The notes under the pieces: generated by a model
The model's input: the letters and a program-made list of their open reading frames with translations, nothing else
What the model was told of the DNA's origin: nothing
Database searches by the model: none
Translations under genes and position numbers: made by a program
Shown: positions 24,409-37,918 of the stretch, in pieces
Layout of the letters: the number at the start of each line of letters is the position of its first letter
Position numbering within the stretch: the first letter of the stretch is position 1
Origin: Stegostoma tigrinum
Taxonomy: Eukaryota
Assembly (NCBI RefSeq): GCF_030684315.1
Contig: NC_081387.1
Coordinates: 18,355,309 to 18,419,308 of the forward strand
Length of the DNA: 64,000 bases
Direction of reading: 5' to 3'

Positions 24409-27173
24409 ATTGATTGCAAGACAGTCTTGATTCACCTCGATCTTTTCTATCTGTTCTACAAAATTGTAACTAACGATAACTCTAATATTTTCTACTATCA
24501 TTTGGTCTGTGTGCTAGTCCTTAAGGTACTTAATGCAGTCCCGATTTCCTCATTCACACTTTGTCCATGATATAATTAGATTGTTTCTTCTTCTGACTCA
24601 GTATGTGAGTAGGCTGCTTGGTACATCTCTTAATTCAGGCATTGATTTTCCGTTGGCAAAGATAAAGTAAACATGTCAGCCTCTCGTTATTTTTCTTCAT
24701 CTTACGTGATGATTTTTTGTTTGAAGATTGTGTCAAAGAACTGAATTTCCAAATCACATCCCTATTCCAAAGACTCATCTCATCCTTTCTAATGCTATTG
24801 GCCTGAAATATATTGGGGACAATATAGTCAGGAAGCATCTTAGATTTCTTATTTCACCTGGTTCACCCCCAATGAGGCCAATATTTTTGAATAACCAGGG
24901 AATTTTGCAAAATAAAATCAATGGGTACTTGTTACACTGTTCCTGTCACAACTTTGCCATTTATTTAGTAATTCTTTAATCCAACACAATATAGTGGAAT
25001 TGGATTGTATTCTCTCTGTTTGCTGACAATTCACATTTTCTCTTTCACTAAGCTTCCTGGAAGACAAGTTGTATCATCAGTCAACATTAATCATTGATTT
25101 GCAACCTTCTGAGCATCATAGAGACATACAGCTCAGAAACATACTCTTTGGTCCAATGATTCCGCGCCAACCAGCCATCCCAATCTGACCTAGTCCCATT
25201 TTCCAACATTTGACCCATATGGTCCAAAACACTTCCAAGGTTGTTCAGTTAGCATAACAGACTGGATGCTAACCTTCCAAATTTTGATTGGAAACTTCTT
25301 AGTTGTAATAGTTTAGATGGAGCGGACTTTGTCCAGTGTGTTCAGAAAGGGTTCCTGACACAGCAGGTAGACATATCAACATGAGAAGAGGCCACTTTGG
25401 ATGTGGTGCTTGGCAATGAACCGGGCCAGGTGTTAGACGTGTTGATAGGAGACCATTTCGGTAGTAGCGATCATAGCATTTGTTAATTTTGCAACAGTCA
25501 TGGAAAAGGATAGGTAAATACAGCAGGGTGAGGCTTATAATTGGGGGAAGGGTGATTATAATTCTGTTAGGCAAGAGCTGGATAACATAAAATGGGAACA
25601 GATGCTGTCCGGGAAGTGCACTATTGAAATGTAGAGATTGTTTAAGGAATGCATACTCCGTGTGCTCGATATGTTTGTCCCTCTCAGGCAGGGGGCGATG
25701 CAGTCAAGTGGGGGAGCCTTGGCTCTCAAGTGAGATTGAATGAGTAGTTAAGAGGAAGAAGGATACTTATCTCAGGTTTAGGAAATAAGGATCGGGAAAG
25801 GCTCGAGAGGGATACAAGTTAGCCAGGAAGGATCTGAAGAAAGTATTTGGAAAGCGAGAAGGGGGCATGAGAAAACCTTCGCAGATAGGATCAAGGAAAT
25901 CCCCCATGGCTTTTAACATGTACGTGAGGACAAAGAGAATGACCAGAGAAATGGTAGGGCCGAACAAGGATTGTAAAGGGAATTTGTGCACGAAGCCTAA
26001 AGAGATTGAAGAGGTCCTTAATGAATACTTTTCTTCGGTATTCACAGCTGGGTTGCACCTAGTTGTAGGGGAGAACAGTGTGAAACATGGTTGGCTGGAG
26101 GATGTGGATGTCAGTAAGGAAGGCGTCCTGTGAATTTTATGGAACTTGAAGATAGATAAGTCCCCTGGGCCTGATGGGATTGAACAAAGTATTCTATGGG
26201 AAGTGAAGGATGAGATCGCAGCGCCTTTGGCGATGATCTTTTTGTGTACATTACCAACAGACATAGTGCCAGAAGATTGGACAGTGGCAAACGTCATTCT
26301 CTTGTTCAAAAAAGGGAATAGGATAACCCTGGAAATTACAGGCCAGTTATTCTTACATCAGTGGTGAGTAAATTATTGTAAAAGTGTCTGAGAGATAGGA
26401 TCTATGATCACTTGGATAGGCTCTGTTTGATTCATGATAGTCAGTTTGGGTTTGTGAGGGGTAGATCATGCCAGACAAACCTTAGTGAATTCTTTGAAGA
26501 GGTGACCAAACACATAGATGAAGTATACATGGATTTAAGTAAAGTGTTCAATAAGGTTCCCATAGTAGGCTCATGCAGAAATTAAGGAGGCATGAGATAG
26601 GAGGAAATCTGGTAGATTGGATTCAGAATTGGCTGACGCTTAGAAGACCTTGAGAAGTGGTAGTGGACAGGAAATATTCAACATGGTGTCAGTTACGAGA
26701 AGTGCACTGCAAGGATTTGTTCTTGGTCCTCTTCTATGTGAGATTTTTGTCAATGATTTGGATGAAGGTGTGGAAAGGTGAATGAGTAACTTCACTGACT
26801 ACACAAAGGTGTGTCAAGCTATGGATATTACGCAGGGCTGTTCTACGTTACAAAGAAATGTTGATAGGATGCAGAGCTGGGCTGAGAAGTGGCAGATGGA
26901 GTTTAACCCTGAAAGGTGTGAGGTGATTCATTTCAGAAGGATGAACTTGAAAGCAGAATACAAGGTTCACGGGAAGATTATTGGCAGTGTGGAGGAGCAG
27001 AGTGATCTTGGGGTTCATGTTCATAGTTCCCTGAAAGTTGCCACCCAGGTGGATAGAGTTATTAAGAAGGCATATGGTGTGTGAGCTTTCATTAATAGAG
27101 GGATTGAGTTCATGAGCCGTGAGGTTATGCTCCAGCTATACAAAATCCTGGTACAGCCACGTCTGAGTATTGT

Positions 27174-28699
27174 AAAATGTGAGGCTGGATGAACACAGCA
27201 AGCCAAGCAGCATCTCAGGTGCACAAAAGCTGACGTTTTGGGCCTAGACCCTTCATCAGAGAGGGGGATGGGGAGAGGGAACTGGAATAAATAGGGAGAG
27301 AGGGGGAGGCGGACCGAAGATGAAGAGTAAAGAAGATAGGTGGAGAGAGTATAGCTGGGGAGGTAGGGAGGGGATAGGTCAGTCCAGGGAAGACGGACAG
27401 GTCAAGGAGGTGGGATGAGGTTAGTAGGTAGAGGGGGGTGCGGCTTAGAGTGGGAGGAAGGGATGGGTGAGAGGAAGAACCGGTTAGGGAGGCAGAGACA
27501 GGTTGGACTGGTTTTGGGGTGCAGTGAGTGGGGGGGAAGAGCTGGGTTGGTTGTGTGGTGCAGTGGGGGGAGGGGGCGAACTGGGCTGGTTTAGGGTTGC
27601 AGTAGGGGAAGGGGAGATTTTGAAACTGGTGAAGTCCACATTGATACCATTAGGCTGCAGGGTTCCCAGGCAGAATATGAGTTGCTGTTCCTGCAACCTT
27701 CGGGTGGCATCATTGTGGCACTGCAGGAGGCCCATGATGGACATGTCATCTAGAGAATGGGAGGGGGAGTGGAAATGGTTTGCGACTGGGAGGTGCAGTT
27801 GTTTGTTGCGAACTGAGCGGAGGTGTTCTGCAAAGCGGTCTCCAAGCCTCCGCTTGGTTTCCCCAATGTAGAGGATGCCACACCGGGTACAGTGGATGCA
27901 TTATACCACATTATACCAATGTGGTATACTGCATCCACTGTACCCGGTGTGGTTTCCTCTACATTGGGGAAACCAAGTGGAGGCTTGGAGACCGCTTTGC
28001 AGAACACCTCCGCTCAGTTCGCAACAAACAACTGCACCTCCCAGTCGCAAACCATTTCCACTCCCCCTCCCATTCTCTAGATGACATGTCCATCATGGGC
28101 CTCCTGCAGTGCCACAATGATGCCACCCGAAGGTTGCAGGAACAGCAACTCATATTCTGCCTGGGAACCCTGCAGCCTAATGGTATCAATGTGGACTTCA
28201 CCAGTTTCAAAATCTCCCCTTCCCCTACTGCATCCCTAAACCAGCCCAGTTCGTCCCCTCCCCCCACTGCACCACACAACCAACCCAGCTCTTCCCCCCC
28301 ACTCACTGCATCCCAAAACCAGACGAACCTGTCTCTGCCTCCCTAACCGGTTCATCCTCTCACCCATCCCTTCCTCCCACCCCAAGCCGCACCCCCCTCT
28401 ACCTACTAACCTCATCCCACCTGCTTGACCTGTCCATCTTCCCTGGACTGACCTATCCCCTACCTACCTCCCCACCTATACTCCCTCCACCTATCTTCTT
28501 TACTCTCCATCTTTGGTCCGCCTCCCCCTCTCTCCCTATTTATTCCAGTTCCCTCTCCCCATCCCCCTCTCTGATGAAGGGTCTGGGCCCGAAACGTCAG
28601 CTTTTGTGCTCCTGAGATGCCGCTTGGCCTGCTGTGTTCATCCAGCCTCACATTTTATTATCTTGGAATTCTCCAGCATCTGCAGTTCCCATTATCTCT
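27174..28699. mobile_element. Palindromic Penelope-like element (GIY-YIG 3' part plus pLTR): 739-bp inverted arms, 5-nt spacer, 16-bp TSD
   Basis: TSD CACGTCTGAGTATTGT at 27158-27173 and 28700-28715; arms 27174-27912 and 27918-28656; VVYCIHC..CGFLYIGETK..LGDRFAEH. Confidence 0.9.
28571..28598 (+). ncRNA. Penelope-associated minimal hammerhead ribozyme core
   Basis: CTGATGA aGGGtctggGCCC GAAAC GTC; only ~2-bp stem I locally. Confidence 0.6.
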
Positions 28700-28737
28700 C
28701 ACGTCTGAGTATTGTGTCCAGTTCTGGTCGCCTCATA

Positions 28738-29806
28738 ATGGACTTCAGTAAGGCATTTGATAAGGTTCCCCATGGCAGGCTCATTCATTAAGTCAGGAGG
28801 TATGGGATTCAGGGTGATTTGGCTGTGTTGATTCTGAATTGGTTGGCTGACAGGAGGCAGAGAGTGGTTGTAGATGGTAAGTATTCTGCCTGGAGGTCAG
28901 TGCTGAGTTGTGTCCTGCAGGGATCTGTTCTTGGGCCTTTGCTCTTTGTAGCTTTTATAAATGACTTGGATGAGGAGGTTGAGGGGTGGGTTAGTATGTT
29001 TGCTGATGACACAAAGGTTGGAAGTGCCATTGATAGTATCGAGGGCTTTGCAGGCTTCAGCGAGACATTGACAGTATGCAGAGCTGGGCTGAGAAATGGC
29101 AGATGGAGTTCAACCTGGATAAATGCGAAGTGATGCAATTTGGAAGGTCGAACTTATATGCTGAATACAGGATTAAAGGCAGGATTGTCGGCAGTGTGGA
29201 GGAACAGTGGGATCTTGGTGTTCAAGTGCATAGCTCCCTCAAAGTTGCCTCCCAGTTGGATCAGGTTGTTAAGAAAGCATATGGTGTTTTGGATTTCATC
29301 AACAGGGGGATCGAGTTTAAGAGCCGCGAGGTTTTGCTGCCGCTCTCCAAAACCCTGGTGAGACCACACTTGGAATATTGTGTCCAGTTCTGGTCGCCCT
29401 ATTATAGGAAAGATGTGGAGGCTTTGGAGAGGGTGCAAAGGAGGTTTGCCAGGTTGCTGCGTGGACTGGAGGGCTTGTCTTACAAGGAGAGGTTGACTGA
29501 GCTTGGACTTTTCTCTCTGGAGAGAAGGAGGAAGAGAGGTGACCTGATCGAGGTCTGCAAGGTAATGAGAGGCATGGATAGAGTCGATAGCCAGAGAGTT
29601 GTGAGCACATGGAATACTTTGCCAGTGGTAGTTGTGGAAGCAGAGTGACATTTAAGCGATTGCTGGACATGCACATGGACAGCAGTGAATTGAGGGGAAT
29701 GTTGGTTAGGTTATTTTAATTTTGGATTGGGATTATTCCACAGCACAACATCGTGGGCTGAATGGCCTGTACTGTGCTGTACTTTTCTATGTTCTATGTT
29801 CTATGT
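28738..29806 (+). mobile_element. Younger CR1 3' fragment nested in the older CR1
   Basis: MDFSKAFDKVPH start, MFADDTK, (CTATGTT)3 tail; internal deletion near 29596. Confidence 0.85.
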
Positions 29807-31644
29807 TCATTATGGAAAGGATGTGGATGAGTTGGAAGCGGTGCAGACGAGATTTACCAGGATATTCCCTGGAATGGAGGGTAGGTCTTATGAGGAAAGG
29901 TTGAGAGAGCTCGGGCTTTTCTTTTTCGAATGATGAAGGATGAGAGGTGACTTAATAGAGGTGTCCAAAATGATCAGAGCTATAGATAGAGTGCACAGCC
30001 AGAGACTCATTCCTAGGGTGAGGGTCGCTATTACAAGGGGCCAGGTAGTTATAGGGAAGACATCCGAGGTAGGTTCTTTATTCAAAGAGTGGTAGGGGCT
30101 TGGCATGCCTTGTCAGAGATGGCAGTGGAATCAGCCACGTTCGGAGCATTGTTGCAGCTATTAGACACGCATATGGATGATAGTATAAGATAGGGGTGGA
30201 TGTTAGATACACCTTAGGTTTAGTGTAAAAGTTCGGCACATCATCATGGGCTGAAGGGCCTGTACTGTGCTGTACCTTTATGTTCTATGCCTTCGAAATG
30301 TTGTAATCATATCTGCATCCACCACTCCCTCTCGCAGCTCATTCCATACAGGCACCACCCTCTGCATGAAAATGTTACTTTTCAAGTTCTTTTCAAAAAT
30401 TTCCCCTCTCGCTTTAAACCTATCCCCAGTAGCTTCCAACTCCACCCTCCACCCCCGAGAAAAAGACATTAGCTACATACTGTGTCCATTCCCTGCCTCC
30501 AATATCTACTCTGCTGGAAGCATCCCCAAATAGCTCAAAAACTTTGTCAAAACTGATTAAATGTTGTAAATCTACAGCAATTGAGTCCAATCATGTTATT
30601 ACTTACTGTGTGTGCAGTGACCACATTGTTTAGAATATATTCAGCATTTTTCTTACCACTCATATCAGGCTAACAGTATCGTAGTTCTGTGTTTCCTGGG
30701 ATCACATTTGTAACATTGTCTATCTGTCAGTACCATTCCAAAAGCCATAGAGTTTAAGAGATGATCGGCACTATATCCAGAATTTCCTCACTAATTCTTT
30801 CCAACCTCTAGAATGTCAACTTTTAGGTCCCAGAGATTTGCTAAACTTCAGCTCCATGAGTTTGTCTGGGACCTCTTTTTGCATTAACAGTAACCTTTCT
30901 CAGTTCTTTAGTCCCTTTGACCGACTTAATTTGTCTGAAACTCCTCATATCATTTTCTGAACAGACAGACTGACAGTAATTATTATGAATCTCTGTCATT
31001 TCTCTATTTCTCGTTATAAATACTCTAATCTCCAACCTTAATTGGCAATATTTGTCTGTGTTAATTGCTTTCTATTTACAGAAAGTCTGTAGTGTTTGCA
31101 GTCTTTCTTTCTCATTTATATACATATTCTGCACTTCCTTATTTTACCGATGTCTTGGGTTTCCTTTGCTGAATTCTGTAATATACCTCATCCTCAGGCT
31201 TACTATTTTTGGGCAAATGTGAGATCTTTTGATCAAATGCCATACTTTACTTGCATAAAAAATGAAAATGCTGGAGAAGTTCAAGATATTTGAATAAGGG
31301 AGAGACGTTGATTTATTGATTTTTTTTTTCACAGGCCAATTCATCTTTAAGTATTTAGCTTCATGTGGCTGGCTCAATTCCCCTGTTGGGTTTTAGTACC
31401 TCAAAGGAATGTATGTTTGCACAAAGCCAATCACTAATGATTTCAGCACTGGACATTGCCCATCAAACACCATCGCAATTAAATCAAGTCTTAAATGATC
31501 ACTCGTGTAAAATCAGTCTTTCACAACGAGGCTGTTAATTAGCCCTTTCTTGTTGCATGATGCAGAGTGTAAAATAACCTCACTTCTAAGTTGTTTCCTC
31601 ATAAACGGCTCCAGAATGCCATCTCATGCACATTCTACAGAGGA

Positions 31645-31965
31645 ATGTGGTAATGTCATGGTAAAGTCATCGAGCAAAATACATAGATTCCCGTGTTAAT
31701 GTTCTGATGTCAGAGATTCCAATCCCAAATGGCAGTTGTTGTCATTTGAATTCGCAAAAATTATACCCTAATTGCAAAGAGGCCAGTACTTCTGATCATT
31801 CGGTTCACTGACCTCCTTTAGATATCTGGTATAGCCTACATTTGACCCAGGTTGACAGCAATATGGCTGACTCTGAAAATGGCCGACAAGGCAGTCTGTC
31901 CACAGACAGTTTGTGATAGGCAATAAATCTGGGCCAGCCAGCATTCTACAAATGCATAAAATAAA
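31645..31965 (+). mobile_element. MER131-like SINE (paralogous copy at ~19750-20060)
   Basis: ggttcactgacctccttta; ggcaataaatctgggccagccagc tail. Confidence 0.55.
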
Positions 31966-34189
31966 CATTCCAAGAGTGTGTTTCCATTGTGTTGGTATTC
32001 ATTTGATTTTCCCGGGTTAGACATAAATTGTTGTCACCCAATATAGTTGCATTACCTTTGTCGCACGTACTTCATGTTCTAAATTAATTTCCTTCCCAAA
32101 CTCACTGCTATTTTGTGGTCTATGAGCTCGCCAAACAATTATTATTGCTTATCGTGGTTTAGTAGCTTTGATACTTCATATCTTTACCTTCTGTTACAAG
32201 ACCCTCAGTTTCAAACTTCGTCACCCTGCAACCATGTCTTCTGTATGCCAATCAAATCACACCTATTTATTCTATGTATGCCAGCTATTGATCTATTTTG
32301 CTGCAAATATCATACATATTCTGTCTATTTAATATTACTGTGTGTTTTGAACCTGTTTAATTTTGGAAAACTCAATAAGAAATGCCTTAGGATTAGAGTT
32401 ACATGGCATGAAAGCAGACCCTTCAGCACAATCAGTTCCTGCCAGCTAAAATCTAAAATTGAAATAGTCCTATCTGTTTTTGATTGACCAATAACCCTGC
32501 AAATATTTCTTATTCATATACTTCTTCAAATGTCTTTTAAACATTAAAACTGCCCTCTTCACCTCTTCCGCTGTAAGTTCATGCCACACATAAGGCATTG
32601 AATATACCTCAAAAAACCCCAATGTATATGACGATGAGGAAAGTCTTGCAGTTTTAGATTAAGATTATGATTGACATTTCTTGGTGCGTCGAGCCCAGGG
32701 TTTGTACGCATTGGATTGTCAACATGCATTCTTGGAATATCTGAGGGAAAAATGTCTTTTGAGGGATTCTATGGTGAAACGATGATTCAGTTCTGATTCC
32801 GTCAGATCATTTGGAATCGAGACCGACTAAAATTCTTGATTGGGATATAGATAACAGAATGAAATTCAACCGCGGCACTTTCATGACCCAGTGGGAAAGT
32901 GATCTGACAATCAAACCCTGCTGATGCTGGTTTAGCATGAAGTTAAAAGGTTTAATTAAAGTAGCAAAGAGGGCTCAATTTTCTTTTCTCATAAACTCAC
33001 GCGAATAGAAAATGCTGAATAGGTTTCTGCAGATAATAAAAAAAATTACTTTTCATCGTGAAGATATCAGCTCGAATCAAGAGAAAGCAAAATATGAAGC
33101 ATCAATTTACAATTGTATCAGTTGGAACTCTAGCCCTCTTTTTATTGCTCTAAACACACATGCACAACAAACAAAGAAAGTGCGATGTGAAATGAACCCC
33201 AATGAATTGATGTTCACTCCCCGCTCTTATTTGACTTATAGGATCACAAGCATTTCCCTTCTGTGATTTTACACACATTCATCAGACATGTTTCTCTCCA
33301 TCAGTCCCTCTCTCTCTCATCAGGTGATACACACAGAAGCTACATCTGTAAAAGGATATTGTTACATTTTCCCAGCTCAATCTACATGAGCTGCAAATGC
33401 AGCTTATGACTTTTTTCCAAGTTTAATGACCTGGTTACTGTCAAATCAATATGCATTCTGCTGGTACATGTCTTTTCTCTTCAAGCTGGACCTCCTGGGG
33501 TTCTCTCATCATCAACCTTAGTCTGGGTTTTAAATCATAAACTCAGCACTCAAACTGAAGTTTAACTTCACCAGATAGCATGTCTGGTCATTTAGCTTAA
33601 ATCACATGATTTCTCAGAAATGTTGCTTTGCCCATAAGCTCAATAAATGATTCTCTGAAGCTTTGCTTCAGCAAAATACCTCCACAGAATAAAAAAACAA
33701 AAAACCGAAAATCATTTCGCTCTTCCTTCAAACTCAATGTGCCCAGCTATTAGTGATGCTTCATCAACATTCATCACAAGCTCAAAAGAAGTCTCAATCT
33801 TGATTTGAAGCAGGGCTCACTTTCAAAATAAATATCTGCGGGTGAGGGAGATCAGAAACTAAAGCAGAAATCACTGCAGATACTCAGTCGATCTGGCTGT
33901 ATATTGGAAGAGAAAGCACAGGTAATATTTCAGGACCAATGACCCTTTTCCAGACACTTCTTCAATGGTGGAAATTGTCTGTCAATGCCTTCCTTGTCAC
34001 GGCCTTTCCACATAACAGTACTTCCATCAATCACACAATTTGGTAGCAGAAATTCTGTTTTTTTAATTATCCTGCAGCAGCTCACTGAAATTCATTCTGA
34101 TCAATGTGGAAAAATGGCAAATGTCATGAATTTTTCACTGCCTTTCTCTCTAACATTGACCCACATTTCCCCTTCCTGAGATCTCCTGG

Positions 34190-34380
34190 CATTTTTTCTT
34201 TCTTTCTTTCTTTCTTTCTCTGTATCACTATTGTGCTCTCCCACTACTTCTACACGCTGGCTCACACTCTTTCTCTGCCTCTCTCCTTCTTTCCATCTTC
34301 CTTTCTGTCTTTAGTTCTCTGTCTCTCTATGTTGTGCTCTCTCTCTCTCTCTCTCTCAGTCTCAGCCTGCTCTCTCTCCC
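34190..34380. repeat. CT-rich low-complexity tract
   Basis: (TTTC)n and (CT)n. Confidence 0.8.
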
Positions 34381-35493
34381 AATGATGCTTCCTAACCTGC
34401 TGTGTATTTATGATATTTTCTGTCATTATTTCAGAGTCTTGATGATTTTGCTTTTGTGTAAGTTCAAGTAATCCGAAAGCAGTAATATAATGTGAATATC
34501 CCATAAAACACTGTTCAATGTTTCACATTGGCTGAACTTTCTTCCTTTTTGGTCAGCTCACATATATTGTAAATCTGTTTTCCAAATTGATTGTAACCAG
34601 AGTCAAAACTACTCAATGAATGAATTTAAGCATTTCTTATTTTTCAACCTTCCCTTCTCATGAGCAAATGCAAATTCCAGGTTACAAATGAGTTTAAAGG
34701 CATTTTCAAATCTTTGAAAGAACATAGGAGTGGTAAGGGACATTTTGCTTCCTTTGCAAAGATCTCTTGGGAAAAAAGTTGTTTTCCTGGAGTTTAACAC
34801 TACAGGTGTACGCTGATGAGAACAATTTTCATTGACAACGGCAATGTAAGATAAAATGCCCTGATTTAAACACATTTGAATAAAATTTCCTGACTCCGAC
34901 AAACATTTTAATTTGTATATGTATATATCATAATCTTCATGGTGTATAGCATAGAAATCATGGTAGAAAGATCTTTCTGCTGGAAAATGAAATATGTCTC
35001 CTTAAGAATGCTTTTTCATTTGTCACGAGATGTACATACTACAGGTAGGAAGAGAAGGAAAATGTTAGGAAAAGGAAACTTGGGCTAATGTGGCACAATT
35101 GTAGGATTTTTCTGTCTGGGCTACAAAGCCTGCGTTCGATTCCCAGTTTCTTCAGATCCATGTTGCAGCAAAGGTTGATTTTAAAGGGTGAAACTTGATT
35201 CTTTAAATCTACCTCCTGGACTATATTAGGGTCAGGCCGAGAGAATCAGATCTCTCGTGTCTCTCTCAGAAGTCAGATCTCTCGAGCATGAAAGACACTG
35301 ACCCGGGTTCATTGGGGATCACAGAGTTCATTGTAAATACTGCTCAATGCCACAACATGTCAACTTGTTTTTTTTTCAAAATGCTGAGCATAATGAGCTC
35401 TGTTCATGCTCCCACGAGATGATCAGCTTGTGAATAAATTGAGATCTATTCAACATAATGCCTCATTTTGACTGCTTCTGTTTTCAGCAGAAT

Positions 35494-35557
35494 ATGGGAT
35501 CACAAGGCCTTCCAATAGAAATTCTTTACCCCATTCTTGCAATCTTTGGAATTCCTG
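35494..35557 (+). CDS. GPR139-like: GPR139-like copy 3 exon 1 (MGSQGLPIEILYPILAIFGIP); intact although its exon 2 is dead
   Basis: ATG at 35494, G|gtaag donor at 35558, conserved upstream block. Confidence 0.75.
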
Positions 35558-35739
35558 GTAAGTAACGAGGAGAGGCTGTAACAATTTTCTGGCCTGTTTT
35601 GTTTTGAATTTCTTCTCTTCAATTTGGCTCAACATCCCCTGAAAGGACGTCCTGCGTATTGCAGAGTTCACCTGTTCTTCATTCCATCGGTTTAGCTCTG
35701 AGCTCAGTGAGCACTGTCCCAACTAACTTCGTTGGAAGA

Positions 35740-37085
35740 AAATATTGTTAAACTCAGTAAAACAATAAGAAAATAGCAGAGGAATTAAACAGATATTTTG
35801 CACCAGATTTTGTGAAAGAAGATCCTTTGAACATTGCATTAATTATAAAGAATGTAGTGGAGGAATTAAGAACCTTCACCATCACTCAGGAAAGGGTATT
35901 TGGTAAACTAATGGGGTTAAATGTGAATATGCTTCCTGCTGTGAAGGCTTACAACCACGGATTGTAAAACAGGTAGCTACACAGTTTGTGGATGCAATTT
36001 CTGTAATTTACAAAAATCCTTGGATATTGGAGAAGTGTCAGAGATTTGGAAAACTGACAATGTGAAACTTGTGAAATCTATTTTAAAAGAAAGCGAGGCA
36101 AGGTAGATGTGAGAAAATCTATTGTTGAAAAAGGAACGTAATTCATTAATAGGAGGAGAATAAGCAAGTTGAGAAAATATACTCATCACACAGAGTCAAT
36201 ACAGCTTCATGAAGGGTAATCGTGTCTGACTAATTTCTGTGAATTCTTTGCAGAAGTCTCAACTAAAATGCATAGAAGGGAATCAATGGATGTGTTGTAT
36301 TTGGTTTTTGAGAAGGCTTTCAATAAGGTACCTCTCAAAACATTATGCCATAAGATCAGAGCTCATGGTGTTGGAGGTTTCTTCTTGGAACCCATGACCT
36401 GTGGGGTTCCACTGGGATCAATGGTGGTATTGCTGCTCTCTACAATATATATTCAAAGCTTGGAGGAAGGAAGTGAATGTACTGTAGCTGAATTTGCAGA
36501 TGACACCAAATACAGATGCAAAGGTACATTGTGAGAGGGATATCAGTCGTTTACAGAGAAATATTGCAAGTCAAGCAAGTGGTCAAAAAGTTGTTAAATG
36601 GTGTATAATTGTGGGAAAATATCAAGTCATTCATTTTGGAAGGTAGTACAAAAGAACAGAGATTGATTTAAACGGTGAAAAGCTGCAAAAATCTGAAACA
36701 AATGTACGTAGAACATATGTAAAACAAAAAAGAAAGCTAGCACACAGGTACAGCCAGTAATCAGTAAGGTTGTCCTCTTATTTGAAGGGAGTTGGAGTGT
36801 AAGAGTAGGGAAGCCTTACTGAAAATGCAAAAGGTGCGAATGAGATCACAGCTGGAGTGCTGTGAGCAGTTTTAGTCTGTTACTGTAGGAGAGTAAAGTT
36901 CAGAGAAGGATCATCAGAAGGATGATTACAGGCAGGGGGTGCTTGCCATGTGCACAGCAATTAAAGTTTGAGACTCAACACACTGGAGTTTAGAACAGTG
37001 AGAGGTGATGTCATTTCGACGTATAGAATTCTTACCGGGATCAACAGGATAAACGCTGAGAGGATGTTTCCCCTAATGGGAGAGT
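35740..37085 (+). mobile_element. Old CR1 remnants in intron of copy 3
   Basis: MDVLYLVFEKAFNKVP; EFADDTK. Confidence 0.75.
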
Positions 37086-37359
37086 CTTTTGATTGTTTCT
37101 GCTTTGTCCTGAAAATGGGAGCAGTGTTGGACAGCCAGCCCCCATTACACTCACAGGAAGACAATTCCATAAAATAACCACCTTCTGGGAGAATAGAGAT
37201 CTCCTTATTTCTGATTGAAAAGGGAAACTGTTCATTCTTACATTGTATCTTTTTTTTTCTCCCTCTCAAGAGGAAACTACTTTCTGGTGTTGCATTTTAT
37301 CCTGTCTCCACACGATCTGATAAGTTTCAATGAGACAACCTCACGTTCTTCTGGCACAA

Positions 37360-37570
37360 AATCTAAATTGCTGGAAAAGCTCAGCAGGTCTGGCAGCACA
37401 TGTGAAGGAAAAAACAGAGTTAATGTTTTGTGTCCAAGGCCCTTCCTCAGAATGTCACCAGGCCTGAGACATTAACTCCGTTTTTGCCTTCACAGATGCT
37501 GCCCAGCCGGATGAGCTTTTCCAGCAACTTTGTTTTTGTTCCTGATTTACAGCATCTGCAGTCCTTTCAT
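37360..37570. mobile_element. Older Penelope-terminus mini inverted repeat
   Basis: ttgctggaaaagctcagc...gttaatgt and acattaac...gagcttttccagcaa arms. Confidence 0.6.
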
Positions 37571-37918
37571 TTTTCACCTCCTTCTCAACTCGAAAGACCT
37601 TAATCCCAGGACTCAGGCAAGTGAATCCTCTCTCCATTGCTTCTGACGCAATAATATTTCTTTTCTGGTAACAGTGTAACCACATGGTGTAATGTGACAA
37701 CAATTGTGCATACTGCCCCTGAAATCCAATTCTGTATCATTCCCATGACAGAGACAATGGGCTGCCAATGAGATTTCACTGTTTCCCATTGTTGTTCAAG
37801 TCTGGAATTACCACCAAACCATACAGTCTTGTTATTCCTCCTTTTGGAATCCCAGACTTCATCCTTGTGCATCTCTGCTGGACATTTTGATTCATCTCAC
37901 GATCTGATTTTTTTTCAG

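Larger units (their letters stand above)
25270..30290 (+). mobile_element. Long degenerate CR1 LINE (ORF2 from EN-RT linker to 3' end) hosting nested Penelope and CR1 insertions
   Basis: LNEYFSSVFT, DKSPGPDGI, VPEDWTVANV, WAEKWQMEFN; resumes at 28700 and 29807; tail near 30285. Confidence 0.85.
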
